Origin: Zancudomyces culisetae HAW-14-8
Taxonomy: Eukaryota; Fungi; Kickxellomycota
Direction of reading: 5' to 3'
NCBI GenBank assembly: GCA_052426225.1
Contig: JBNJNM010000008.1
Location: forward strand, 1-64,000
Length of the DNA: 64,000 nt
The position numbers and the translations under genes were made by a program. Shown here piece after piece: positions 24,554-34,479 of this stretch (positions within the stretch are counted from its first letter, which is position 1; the number at the start of each line of letters is the position of its first letter). Below the pieces are notes generated by a model. It did no database searches. It was not told the DNA's origin and saw only the letters and a program-made list of their open reading frames with translations.

Positions 24554-24976
24554 TCAAATTGTCCAATAAACTGAATTTGCAAGCCCTCCAATATCTTTCT
24601 GCATATCTCCGGGGGTATACCAGACTTGTCTTGATTCGGATCGGCAACTACCATCACATCTTTTTCCAGTGCAGAACGTTATTGTTCCCTCGCCGGGTGT
24701 GCCACCATTTAGCTTACTTGAATCAATAGGTGGCACCTCGTAGCACCGATTTGGAGTAACTGTTTTGAAACCAATTCTACCTCTAAAGTAACTTTGTGAA
24801 TACAATTCAAGGTCCAAAGTTTTTCCGGGAATCTGATAAACACTACCCACTGAACAGAAATTGCGGTTGTCGTCATCTTGTCTTTTAGAAATATTTGTCT
24901 GGGTATCTGGAATGCTAGCACCAGCTACAAGCTTTGAGGCAATCAAAACTGCGGTTGTCAACAAAATATTTACCAT
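24554..24976 (-). CDS. Small secreted Cys-rich protein, beta/gamma-crystallin-like family, paralogue A' (variant C-terminus)
   Basis: Signal peptide, KR (Kex2-type) site, YSQSYFRG, CYE, C-x4-C-x-G-x-C, SVYW. Confidence 0.88.
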   Translation of the reverse strand: MVNILLTTAVLIASKLVAGASIPDTQTNISKRQDDDNRNFCSVGSVYQIPGKTLDLELYSQSYFRGRIGFKTVTPNRCYEVPPIDSSKLNGGTPGEGTITFCTGKRCDGSCRSESRQVWYTPGDMQKDIGGLANSVYWTI

Positions 24977-27034
24977 CTTATTTTATTTTTTGATTATTTC
25001 AAGCTATTCACCTTTTATCTAGGATAAAATTCTAAACTTTTTTGAATTGTATAGAATAGGATTCTGAAAAAAATCTGGACTTTTTATACTTTTTGTTGTT
25101 GTGATCCTCTTCTTTGTAAGTATAATGGTGTATTGAATTAAAATTTACTAGTGAAAATAGCTAGATAGCTGGTAACAATGACTTACAACTATTGTCATGA
25201 TATCCGAATTAATCGGAAAATCGTTCCTCTAACAGCTCGCTCAAAATAGTACAACTGTTTTTAGATCATGAATTAAAAAGTTGATTAATAGGTATCAGAC
25301 TTCACATTTAATGGGCATAACTTGTTTTATGATACCTAATGTCAATGCTTTTACCTTGATGTTCTCTAAAAATTAAAGAAAAACAAAGGCTTTTACTTAG
25401 AGAATCAATATTTTTGGCCGTTTACATTTGAACGAAAGAGAAAAAAAATTATTTTTAGTAATCTATTCCGGTTTTTGAGGGAAATGTAAAATCTAAAAAA
25501 AGAAATACTACAATGAGTCTAAGAAACACATTTATTCACAAACTAGCACAACTCCTAACAACGAAAAAAGACTTATCACAGTATAGATGGTACTGGTGGC
25601 TTTCAGGGTTTGTAAATTATTTTATTATGTACTAGATTACCCGAAGTGCACCAGTTTGTTGAAAATATTAAATCTATTTTAAATCATATCGTAATCAGCA
25701 TTTATAATTTGTTGAATATGTTGCATATACCTAAATAATTGTGATTCGAGAATATTTGTAGTGATAGATGTACCGAGTTCTTATTGGTTGAAAGATTTGT
25801 TCAAGTTCTAGCACTTAATTGATTAGCTCATTTTAAGCAAATATGGTTATTAACCTCACTTCGGGATTATAGTACGAATTATATTTATGCCTTTAGAGAT
25901 AATTGACATATTAATTAGGCTCTTCTACATGTTAATTTCAAGACTAGGTAGGCGCATGATTCTAATTTAGGTAATTTAATCTTTTTATAAATAAGATTTA
26001 ATGAGCAACTTTTAAAAACAATCTTAAATGTTGAAGGAAAAAGGATCAACATTAAAAACTCGCAATTTCACAATAAATCGAACCGACACCTTGGAGTAGA
26101 CTATTGAAACTCCAGTATTTACATACTAAATAAAAACAAGTATGAGGCTAGGGTAGTCTCCTGGTTGACCATGCCACATATAAAGATTAATATTACTTTA
26201 TTGGGCTTTGTTTACTTATAATTATAAGCCAAGTGTACTCTTTTTGATGAAAACATGTAAATATTTATTCATAAGGCTATTATTTAGACATTAAAAACAA
26301 TTTGATTCCGTTCTTTTCTATCTTTGTAAGAATGTTTTGCACGTTACTTTAGCTTTCAAATAGCTTAATATCGGGATATATTAAGGTCATTATTATTAGG
26401 TAAACTGAAAGCATCATTAGCATATGAATACATCACATTGTGTGATTGATAATACACCTTGATTTAGAACACGGGTTAATTCTACTCACTTGTTAATACC
26501 AAAACGCTTTTGAATAATTTATTAGTGTAAGTTCTACCTTTCCAGAGGCTAGAAACTTGAAATCTACCTTGTCTTTTAGAACGCCCTTTGGTCTTGTTGG
26601 GTATGAGGTGTACTCCTTAGGAAGAGATCAAAAAACGTAATTTTAGATTTATAACAAATTTGTAATTATTATGCTTCATTGGCCAGATACAATTATGTGT
26701 GTTACCAAATCTTTATTTAATTTCGAAATCTTTCCTAGATACTAAATACTTTAACCCCAAAAAATTTTTCAAATGTTCCAAAATGTTCGAAATTTCGTAA
26801 TCTGAAATTGAAAACTCAAGAATATTCTAGAGAGTTCGAATTCAGTACTAAAATTTCTTTGAAAATGTAGGGGTTAAAAGTATGAAAAAATTTTCTTAAA
26901 ACAAAAACAAAATGAAAATAAAAGTATATAAACCGTCTGTTTTTCCAGTTTTCTTGAATTCCTTACCATCTTTTCTTTCGCTAGGTACACAACCAGCATT
27001 TATATACATATAATAAATATAAATAAAGTCAATC

Positions 27035-27871
27035 ATGAATAATGCAAACATTTCGCAAGAAATGCTTCAGGAAATCCTCAACAGACTTACTGTTCTGGAG
27101 GAATCAGGTTCACAGCAACAGGCAGCATCAGTCCCAGAGTCAGTGGATATGGATCCGCCAGTTTCTCATATCACAGAAAGGCCACAGCCCGCCGACATGG
27201 AGCTTTACAAAGAGCTCCAAGAAGCTCTTCCAACCGTTACGGAAGACTTCTTCAAGTCCCCTCTGTCCGACATCAATCGGAAGAAGTTTTTTGCCGCCGT
27301 CCCCAGAAACTCCGCCATGGACTATGACCCTCCCGCGGTCAATGTCAAGTTGTCCAGCTCTGCCAAACGCACCGACGCCGCCATGTATGATGCGCAGTAC
27401 AGGTTATCGGCAATCACCAGGCCGATTGACTTCTTTGTGCATGAGTGCATTCAGGGTGGCAGCCAAGTGCCAGTCTCCAAGGTTATTGAGTTTGCCAACT
27501 CAATCAGGATTCTCTTGGCTGATGCGGCAACGCACCTCAGCCAGTGCAGAATCAATCAGGCATACAGAGATGCGGGTGTTGAAACCGACGCACCGCAACT
27601 CTATCCAGAAACCAAGAAGTCCCTTGTCGACACAAGCCAGATTGTCGAAGCAAAGGCCAGCCAGCAAGCGGCCCAGAGGGCACTCAAGAGCTACCAGCCA
27701 CGCAGGCCCAGATACACCGGTCAGAGAGCATTTCCAAGCCTCATGGGAATGCAGCAAGGCCAGCAACCACAGATCCAAGAGCCACAGCAGGTCCAGGAGC
27801 AGAGGCAGCCCCGTTTCAATGCTCCTAAGAATAATTTTCGGGGTGGCAGCAGCATCAGACCCCGAAAGTAG
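27035..27871 (+). CDS. gag: DIRS ORF1 (gag-like)
   Basis: First ORF after the left ITR; QYRLSAITRPIDFF core, basic/Gln-rich C-terminus. Confidence 0.88.
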   Translation: MNNANISQEMLQEILNRLTVLEESGSQQQAASVPESVDMDPPVSHITERPQPADMELYKELQEALPTVTEDFFKSPLSDINRKKFFAAVPRNSAMDYDPPAVNVKLSSSAKRTDAAMYDAQYRLSAITRPIDFFVHECIQGGSQVPVSKVIEFANSIRILLADAATHLSQCRINQAYRDAGVETDAPQLYPETKKSLVDTSQIVEAKASQQAAQRALKSYQPRRPRYTGQRAFPSLMGMQQGQQPQIQEPQQVQEQRQPRFNAPKNNFRGGSSIRPRK

Positions 27872-30713
27872 GGGGCAGACTGAAGCTCTTCCAGGAGGCA
27901 TGGAAGAAGCTTACCGATCACCAGTGGGTACTCCAGGTGATCAAGGAAGGGTTTCGTATCCCCTTCAATGCGCATCCTCCCACGGTCAAGCAGCCAAAGC
28001 CGTACGTGAAGGACTTAAAGAAACTTCCGGAAAAGGTCGTCGAGCAGGAGATTACAAGTCTCCTCTCCAAAAAAGCTATAGAGGAAGTTTCAGCAGCGCA
28101 GCCAGGATTCTTCTCAAGGACATTCACCGTCCCAAAGAAGAATGGAGGAACACGGATGGTCCTCAACCTGAGACCTTTAAACCAGTACATCCCCGAGCAG
28201 CATTTCAAGATGGAATCACTCAACACCATCTCACGAATGTTGCGAAAGGGCGACTGGATGACAAGCATCGATCTCAGCGATGCTTTCTTGCACGTGCTCA
28301 TCAACAAGGCGTCAAGAAAATATCTCAGGTTCACGTGGGGCCATCGCATCTACCAGTACAGGGTACTGCCATTTGGTCTGTCCTTAAGCCCGCTAGTATT
28401 CAACAAAATACTAAAGCCAGTTCTCAAGTGGGCCAGAGCTCGAGGGATCCGAATCTCGAGCTACTTGGACGATTTGCTGGTCTTGGGATCAACCAAAAGC
28501 GAGTGTACCAAGTACACTGCGATGGTTGCAAACAAGCTAGCCAAGCTAGGATTCATTATAAACAACGAGAAGTCGTCAATGAACCCCAAGCAGTCAATCA
28601 GCCATTTGGGTATGGACATCAACACCCGCCAAATGAGCTTCAGGATTCCCAAGCAGAAACTCAGGGATCTTACGCGAGAGGCCTCCAAACTGATCAGGAA
28701 TGGGAAGACGACGCTGAGATGCTTAGCATCTTTCATTGGCAAGACACAGGCAGTGAACATCGCTCTCCGTCCAGGCAGACTCATGAGCAGGAGGCTTTTG
28801 GAGCTCAAGAATGCCACCCTGCGGACCACGCGGGATTGGAGCACAGAAGTATCTTTGGATCAACCAGCTCTAGACAACCTGATCTGGTGGAGAGATCATC
28901 TGAAGGAATGGAACGGCCTGAGCTTCCTCCCAGAGATTCCGGAAGTGGAAGTCTACACAGACGCGAGCGACTTCCATTGGGGGATAGTTATTGGTCAGAG
29001 CCAGTACTCAGGAATATGGACCAAAGCACAGTCCAAGCTCCCGATCAACGCCAAGGAGCTACTAGCCATATACAAGGCTATCAAGATGCCCCAGGTAAAG
29101 GGCAGGAGTGTGGTTGTATACTGCGACAACAACACCTCCATCAGCTATGTCAAGAAACAGGGAGGGACCAGATCACCCAACCTGCTAGACATATCGGAAC
29201 TGATGTGGAAACACTGCATCAGCAACGGGACCAGGGTACAGATCCAGTACGTACCATCCATTGTGAATCCGGCAGACGCCCCATCCCGGCTTACTTTGCA
29301 GACCGAATGGTCGATATCGGAAAGAGTGTTTCAAAGGATTCAAAAATACTTTGGTCCTCACGATATCGACATGTTTGCGAGCAGCACCAATCACAAACTG
29401 AACACATTTGTGAGTTGGAAATACTGCCCCCAAGCAGTCAGGATCAACGCCTTCAACCACAGTTGGACAGTGTGGAAGAATCCATACATGTGTCCACCGT
29501 GGAATCTGATCCAGCGTACCATCCAGAAGATCCGTCAGGAGAGAATCACGGCGACTCTGATCACGCCGTTCTGGAGATCAGCCCCGTGGTATCCGGACCT
29601 GAAGAGCCTGTCAATTGCACCGCCAATCAAGATTCATCCGTCAGCAGTTATCCCAGACCCGAGAAGCGGAAAAGCAGCGACAATGCGCAACAAGACATGG
29701 TCACTTACGGCTTGGCGGTTAAGCGCGCAAGGTATCAGGAAGCAGGATTAGATGACCAGGTCATCAATTTGATGCTCGACAACACTCGAGTTAAGACCAA
29801 GCAGAAGAAATATCTGAGCCCGAAGACCAAGTTCCTACAGTGGCTTTCTACATCTTCAATCTCCATAGAAAACGTAACAGTCGTTGACGTTATCAACTAT
29901 CTGGAGCAGCAGCGGAAAGCGCTAAACTGGAGACTCGGAACAGTCAAGAACTACAAGTCCGCCATTCTTGACATAACCAGTGATTGGGCTTCTTTCAGTG
30001 ACGATCCACTAATGAAAGAGTATCTCAAACAACTATCTTCATCAAACGTCAGATCCTTTGACAATCCGCTTTACGACATCGGTCCAATCATTGACCACAT
30101 CAGGAAACTTGGGCCTAACTCCAGAATGTCAAAGTATGACTTGACAGCAAAACTATGCTGGCTCATAGCCATCTGTGGCTTTCTCAGGCCAAGCGACATT
30201 GAGAGGATTGACGACAGCAAGACGTCAGTGACAAGAGAATACATCAAGTTTATTATTGTTGGACCAAAGGAGAAACGCAATGGAACTCCAATTGAAAAAG
30301 TTTCTATAATCCATGCACACTCTGACAAAAAATTATGTCCGGTTGAAACTTATCAGGTTTACAAAAAGCGGATTGCGGTTACACCTTGCGTAAAACCACA
30401 TCCTTTGCTCGACGGAAACTCAATATCCTATCTCATCAGGAGTCTCAAGGACCACAGTACTAACATTGGAGCACAGCGTATCAGCAAGCACATTAACAAA
30501 CTTATGTCGCTTATACCATTACCGCCAAACGCTAAAGTACCAAAAGCAAGAGCACTTGGATCAACTCGTGCTACTTCATCAGGTGCAACATATGATGATG
30601 TTATTACCCAAGGATTTTGGGCAAGCAGAGGAATATTTGATACATACTATCAGTTATCACGTAGAACAAGAGAAAATTTGACTCTACACGTATTAAACTC
30701 TGAAGCAACATAA
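27042..30713 (+). CDS. DIRS tyrosine recombinase ORF with very long overlapping N-terminal extension (YR domain ~29750-30713)
   Basis: GFLRPSD, KKLCPV, PKARALGST, GFW, TYYQL catalytic motifs; frame open for 1223 codons. Confidence 0.9.
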   Translation: MQTFRKKCFRKSSTDLLFWRNQVHSNRQHQSQSQWIWIRQFLISQKGHSPPTWSFTKSSKKLFQPLRKTSSSPLCPTSIGRSFLPPSPETPPWTMTLPRSMSSCPALPNAPTPPCMMRSTGYRQSPGRLTSLCMSAFRVAAKCQSPRLLSLPTQSGFSWLMRQRTSASAESIRHTEMRVLKPTHRNSIQKPRSPLSTQARLSKQRPASKRPRGHSRATSHAGPDTPVREHFQASWECSKASNHRSKSHSRSRSRGSPVSMLLRIIFGVAAASDPESRGQTEALPGGMEEAYRSPVGTPGDQGRVSYPLQCASSHGQAAKAVREGLKETSGKGRRAGDYKSPLQKSYRGSFSSAARILLKDIHRPKEEWRNTDGPQPETFKPVHPRAAFQDGITQHHLTNVAKGRLDDKHRSQRCFLARAHQQGVKKISQVHVGPSHLPVQGTAIWSVLKPASIQQNTKASSQVGQSSRDPNLELLGRFAGLGINQKRVYQVHCDGCKQASQARIHYKQREVVNEPQAVNQPFGYGHQHPPNELQDSQAETQGSYARGLQTDQEWEDDAEMLSIFHWQDTGSEHRSPSRQTHEQEAFGAQECHPADHAGLEHRSIFGSTSSRQPDLVERSSEGMERPELPPRDSGSGSLHRRERLPLGDSYWSEPVLRNMDQSTVQAPDQRQGATSHIQGYQDAPGKGQECGCILRQQHLHQLCQETGRDQITQPARHIGTDVETLHQQRDQGTDPVRTIHCESGRRPIPAYFADRMVDIGKSVSKDSKILWSSRYRHVCEQHQSQTEHICELEILPPSSQDQRLQPQLDSVEESIHVSTVESDPAYHPEDPSGENHGDSDHAVLEISPVVSGPEEPVNCTANQDSSVSSYPRPEKRKSSDNAQQDMVTYGLAVKRARYQEAGLDDQVINLMLDNTRVKTKQKKYLSPKTKFLQWLSTSSISIENVTVVDVINYLEQQRKALNWRLGTVKNYKSAILDITSDWASFSDDPLMKEYLKQLSSSNVRSFDNPLYDIGPIIDHIRKLGPNSRMSKYDLTAKLCWLIAICGFLRPSDIERIDDSKTSVTREYIKFIIVGPKEKRNGTPIEKVSIIHAHSDKKLCPVETYQVYKKRIAVTPCVKPHPLLDGNSISYLIRSLKDHSTNIGAQRISKHINKLMSLIPLPPNAKVPKARALGSTRATSSGATYDDVITQGFWASRGIFDTYYQLSRRTRENLTLHVLNSEAT
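27868..29751 (+). CDS. pol: DIRS RT / RNase H / adenine-methyltransferase-like ORF (frame open from 27835; start mechanism unclear)
   Basis: VGGRLKLFQEAW, IDLSDAFLH, LPFGLSLSP, YLDD, YTDAS, INAKEL, DNNT, ADAPSR, DIDMFAS..YMCPPW. Confidence 0.96.
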   Translation, partial: VGGRLKLFQEAWKKLTDHQWVLQVIKEGFRIPFNAHPPTVKQPKPYVKDLKKLPEKVVEQEITSLLSKKAIEEVSAAQPGFFSRTFTVPKKNGGTRMVLNLRPLNQYIPEQHFKMESLNTISRMLRKGDWMTSIDLSDAFLHVLINKASRKYLRFTWGHRIYQYRVLPFGLSLSPLVFNKILKPVLKWARARGIRISSYLDDLLVLGSTKSECTKYTAMVANKLAKLGFIINNEKSSMNPKQSISHLGMDINTRQMSFRIPKQKLRDLTREASKLIRNGKTTLRCLASFIGKTQAVNIALRPGRLMSRRLLELKNATLRTTRDWSTEVSLDQPALDNLIWWRDHLKEWNGLSFLPEIPEVEVYTDASDFHWGIVIGQSQYSGIWTKAQSKLPINAKELLAIYKAIKMPQVKGRSVVVYCDNNTSISYVKKQGGTRSPNLLDISELMWKHCISNGTRVQIQYVPSIVNPADAPSRLTLQTEWSISERVFQRIQKYFGPHDIDMFASSTNHKLNTFVSWKYCPQAVRINAFNHSWTVWKNPYMCPPWNLIQRTIQKIRQERITATLITPFWRSAPWYPDLKSLSIAPPIKIHPSAVIPDPRSGKAATMRNKTWSLTAWRLSAQGIRKQD

Positions 30714-30802
30714 TTGTATCTGGCCAATGAAGCATAATAATATGTTTAGTTGAATATAATGAAAACTTATTATTATTATGCGAATGCCAGATACAATTAT
30801 GT
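30708..30802. repeat. DIRS internal complementary region (ICR)
   Basis: Reverse complement of the left terminus fused to the reverse complement of the right terminus through TAATAAT. Confidence 0.95.
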
Positions 30803-32011
30803 CCCACCCAGTCCCGCCCTAACCTAGCTCAACCGATGGTAAGGAACTCAAGAAAACTGGAAAAACAGACGGTTTATATACTTTTATTTTCATTTTGTTT
30901 TTGTTTTAAGAAAATTTTTTCATACTTTTAACCCCTACATTTTCAAAGAAATTTTAGTACTGAATTCGAACTCTCTAGAATATTCTTGAGTTTTCAATTT
31001 CAGATTACGAAATTTCGAACATATTGGAACATTTGAAAAATTTTTTGGGGTTAAAGTATTTAGTATCTAGGAAAGATTTCGAAATTAAATAAAGATTTGG
31101 TAACACACATAATTGTATCTGGCATTCGCATAATAATAATAAGTTTTCATTATATTCAACTAAACATATTATTACCAATCTAATAATTAAACTCAATGAA
31201 TGCCTCTTGTCGGGAAGTATCGAAATAAGGAGTACTATTCCTTGAAATTGCAGGGACGGATCATTTTGTCGGTTTTACATCTTTTTCAAGGACGTATAAT
31301 AGTTTATGGGTCTAATTTCTCCTTTTAATGGGAATTTTGTGGAATAGTGTTATTTTTAGATGAATTAAAATATCGCTTTAGATAAACCTTCTCAAGTAGT
31401 AAATCGATTTTGAATGTGTTATTTTTATTATTTTTATTACATAACCGCTTTTACTTGCTGGAATTAAACGCACTTAAATTATCGGAACAGAATTAGTGTT
31501 GATTAGATAATAATTACGCAAATTTTTTCAATCTACCAGTTACAATAAGGGCACAATTCATGAGCAGAAAAAATTGCTCTACTACCTTATAAGATTACTA
31601 GTTCTAGTATACCACTACATTGTAAGCGAGGCTAGCAAATATAGAAAAGTTGTCAAAGATTAAAATTAGAAAGTATGAATTACATAACACCTAAACTATC
31701 ATTTTTTAGTACACTTTCATTAGCCTAATGCTTTGAAACCAAGATGCTTTCGACTTTCTAAAAATAGAACATTTTTTAAAATATATTGGAAACACTAAAA
31801 TTGGTCACCTTACGCAGTTTCAAGAGTAGTATAGATGTAACAGAGAGAAAAAAAAAAGTATAAAATGTTCAGAATATCGTTGAAACAAGATGTACATCAA
31901 CAATTGAAGTTTCTTTATACAACACAAAAAGACATATTATAGTCATCATCATTTTCATACTGCATCAGCGCATTAGCTTGTCACAATTTTATTTAAATTC
32001 GAGTATCAAAT

Positions 32012-32371
32012 ATGGTAAAGTCAACACTAGCACTTCTCGCGGCCGTAGTTTCTACGTTTCCAGTAAATGCTAAATTCCAAACCCTGCATGCCAAAATATT
32101 TTCAGGATATCGATTTTCTGGTGCTGTCGTGGATGAACTCCAGATGGTAAAACATCAATGTTATAACATTAACCCTGGCAGATCGGGGCAATACCTTAAC
32201 CCCACTGATAGATCAGGAGCACTACTGATGTGTAGGGAAAGAAATTGTCAGGGTGTATGTACGGCAAACACCGATTTTATAAGAACAGGTAATTGGGACT
32301 TCTATCTTGATGTCGGTACAAGCGTTCTTTCTATGAAATGGATAGCATTCGGTCTTGCCGCCAACGAATAA
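32012..32371 (+). CDS. Small secreted Cys-rich crystallin-like paralogue B
   Basis: Signal peptide ending VNA; FSGYRFSG, CYN, CRERNCQGVC, SMKW; TATAAAA at ~31859. Confidence 0.88.
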   Translation: MVKSTLALLAAVVSTFPVNAKFQTLHAKIFSGYRFSGAVVDELQMVKHQCYNINPGRSGQYLNPTDRSGALLMCRERNCQGVCTANTDFIRTGNWDFYLDVGTSVLSMKWIAFGLAANE

Positions 32372-32660
32372 ATTGTTACTTTAGAGCATAGTTTAGTTGG
32401 TAGTAAATTTGTTTTTATTTAATTTGAACGTATACTTGAATAAAGTTACAATTCTATTATCAAAATGATTAGCATATTAACTTTAATATAGTTAAAAAAG
32501 TGACACAAACACACAAAGATGAATTTCACTTTGCCATAAATTTACTAAATATCACAAAGATTAGTAGGTAAAAAACTCCAAATAATATCTACTAAGCATT
32601 TCTTACTCGACTTTCTCAAAGATTCTATACCTACTGGTAGTTTGTTCAAAGAGGTTATTC

Positions 32661-33074
32661 TAATATATTTAGTTGAATGCATTGAAAACTTATTATTATT
32701 AAACAAAACACCAGATATAATTATGTTTACTTAATCTTTATATAATTTTGAAATCTTTCCTAGATCATAAATATTTTGACTCGAAAAAATTTCCAAGTGT
32801 TAGCGATTTAGTATCTGACTGTGATCACTAAATTTATTTAGTAATTTCTAACACGATAATAAAATTATTTTTGAAAATGAAGGGTTAAAAGTATGTAAAT
32901 GGTTTTTCTTAATAAAAACAAAAGTGAAAGTAAAAGTATATTACCGATTATTTTTCTACTTTCTTGATTCCTTACATTTATTTGTGTGCTAGATTGGGCA
33001 GAACTGGGTGAAACATAATCTTATCTGGATATTCGCAAAATAAATATAATTTTCATTTCAAACTAAACATATTA
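32661..33074 (-). mobile_element. Degenerate DIRS right-end remnant (half ICR plus right ITR)
   Basis: Diverged reverse complement of ~30737-31174; the homologous flank at ~62285 does not continue into it. Confidence 0.8.
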
Positions 33075-33539
33075 GACTATTAATCTAGAATTTTTATTCT
33101 CGGCCAAGTCGTTTAGTATTAACCCTCAACTTTATGCGTTTAATTAGCCTGATTTCGGGCCTTTTCTTTATCGTTTCAGTTTTTATAGCTTTTTTTTATT
33201 TAATAGATAATTTTTGGTTTTCACATCTTTATACCGATAATAAGCTAATTACTAGCGTTTATAAAATCTGGCATTTTGTAAAATATATAAACTGAAGACT
33301 GACATACATTTTGTTACACTTTCATTATATTATTAATAAGAAATTTTGACGAAATTTGACAAAAGAATTTGGTGTAAAGTCAATTTATCTCTTTTCACAC
33401 ATAATCTATTTATTTATACTATATGTTTGGTATGTTTATTCATAAAAAAGTTTAAAAATAACAATAAAAGTTTCCTAAATCTGCTTTAAATCTTTAACCT
33501 TTAAGTATGTTTAAATTATGATCAAGTTGGGAAATGAAA

Positions 33540-33992
33540 TCAAATCCATTTGTAGGTTTGAATCGCATTATTGTACGGAGTAATCCAAAAATAAGATACC
33601 GCATAGACTTGACCAGTATAAAACCACGAATCATAAATCTCATTTCCACTACTCATAATATGAACATAACAGCTGCCACTACAGTTATATTCTCTACAGA
33701 CCATAAAGGCACCTCTATTCTCATTCACACCAACCATTTTAACAGATGAAAAATTACTCTCATTGTAGCATGTGTTTGGTTTGACATTAAAGGTACCTTT
33801 TAGGGCTTTGAAACCACCACCAACAAATAACTGAACTGCCATATTATCACGCCTAAAGTTTTTTTTGACAAGATTGGTTTGTAAAATTTGATCCTCATAG
33901 GCTGTTTGTAAGGTGTGGTTATTTGCACTTTGCGGCAAAGCTAAATAAAGTATACCAATGCTGAATATATTGAGAATTACTGACTTGATCAT
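33540..33992 (-). CDS. Small secreted Cys-rich crystallin-like paralogue C
   Basis: Signal peptide, propeptide ending RR, FVGGGFKA, CYN, CREYNCSGSC, SYFW. Confidence 0.85.
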   Translation of the reverse strand: MIKSVILNIFSIGILYLALPQSANNHTLQTAYEDQILQTNLVKKNFRRDNMAVQLFVGGGFKALKGTFNVKPNTCYNESNFSSVKMVGVNENRGAFMVCREYNCSGSCYVHIMSSGNEIYDSWFYTGQVYAVSYFWITPYNNAIQTYKWI

Positions 33993-34479
33993 TTTGGCTT
34001 TTTTTTTTTCGATGCTATTATGAATTGTTGATTATAATTCGGTTTTGATTTACCTTCTTCCGACTTGAAAAAAAGTTCTCTTTTTATAATTTTCACAAAC
34101 AAAGGGATGTACCTCCAACCATAATAATTTTTTACACTTTTGAGTATTGTAGTATTTTGCTTCGCTATTCTAGATACAATTAGTTTATGAACTACTCCCC
34201 AATATTAATCAGATGTGGTTATTGATTACCGTTTTAGTTGAGATATTTGATATCATGAAGTCAGGTATATTTTTCTTCGATATAGAAAGTAAATATTTAG
34301 TGCTCTTTACATAGATGTGTAAATAATGGTTAACATTTGTTATAAATCTTTATAAATAAACTAACCAATTCAATGTGGTGTCGTCTGTCTAATAATCTGA
34401 ATGCCAATCATTTGTGCTAGCTGTGTAGAATATTGGGTGTGACTCCATTATATATTGACGCTCGCATAATAATATTAAG

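Larger units (their letters stand above)
26665..31174 (+). mobile_element. DIRS1-type tyrosine-recombinase retrotransposon, intact, copy 1
   Basis: Inverted terminal repeats (~26672-26970 / ~30835-31174), ICR, gag, RT-RH-MT and YR ORFs; ATTATTA at both junctions; ends confirmed by the empty site at 60793. Confidence 0.97.

Noticed and set aside
26490-26630. Coding-looking minus-strand stretch (SLPKEYTSYPTRPKGVLKDKVDFKF) beside the DIRS site
   Set aside because: No start, short, does not extend across the empty site; cannot be assigned.
27500-31196. Minus-strand ORFs of 63-143 aa inside DIRS (and their +17064 duplicates)
   Set aside because: Expected by-product of stop-poor dual-coding sequence and ICR/ITR; no recognisable domains.
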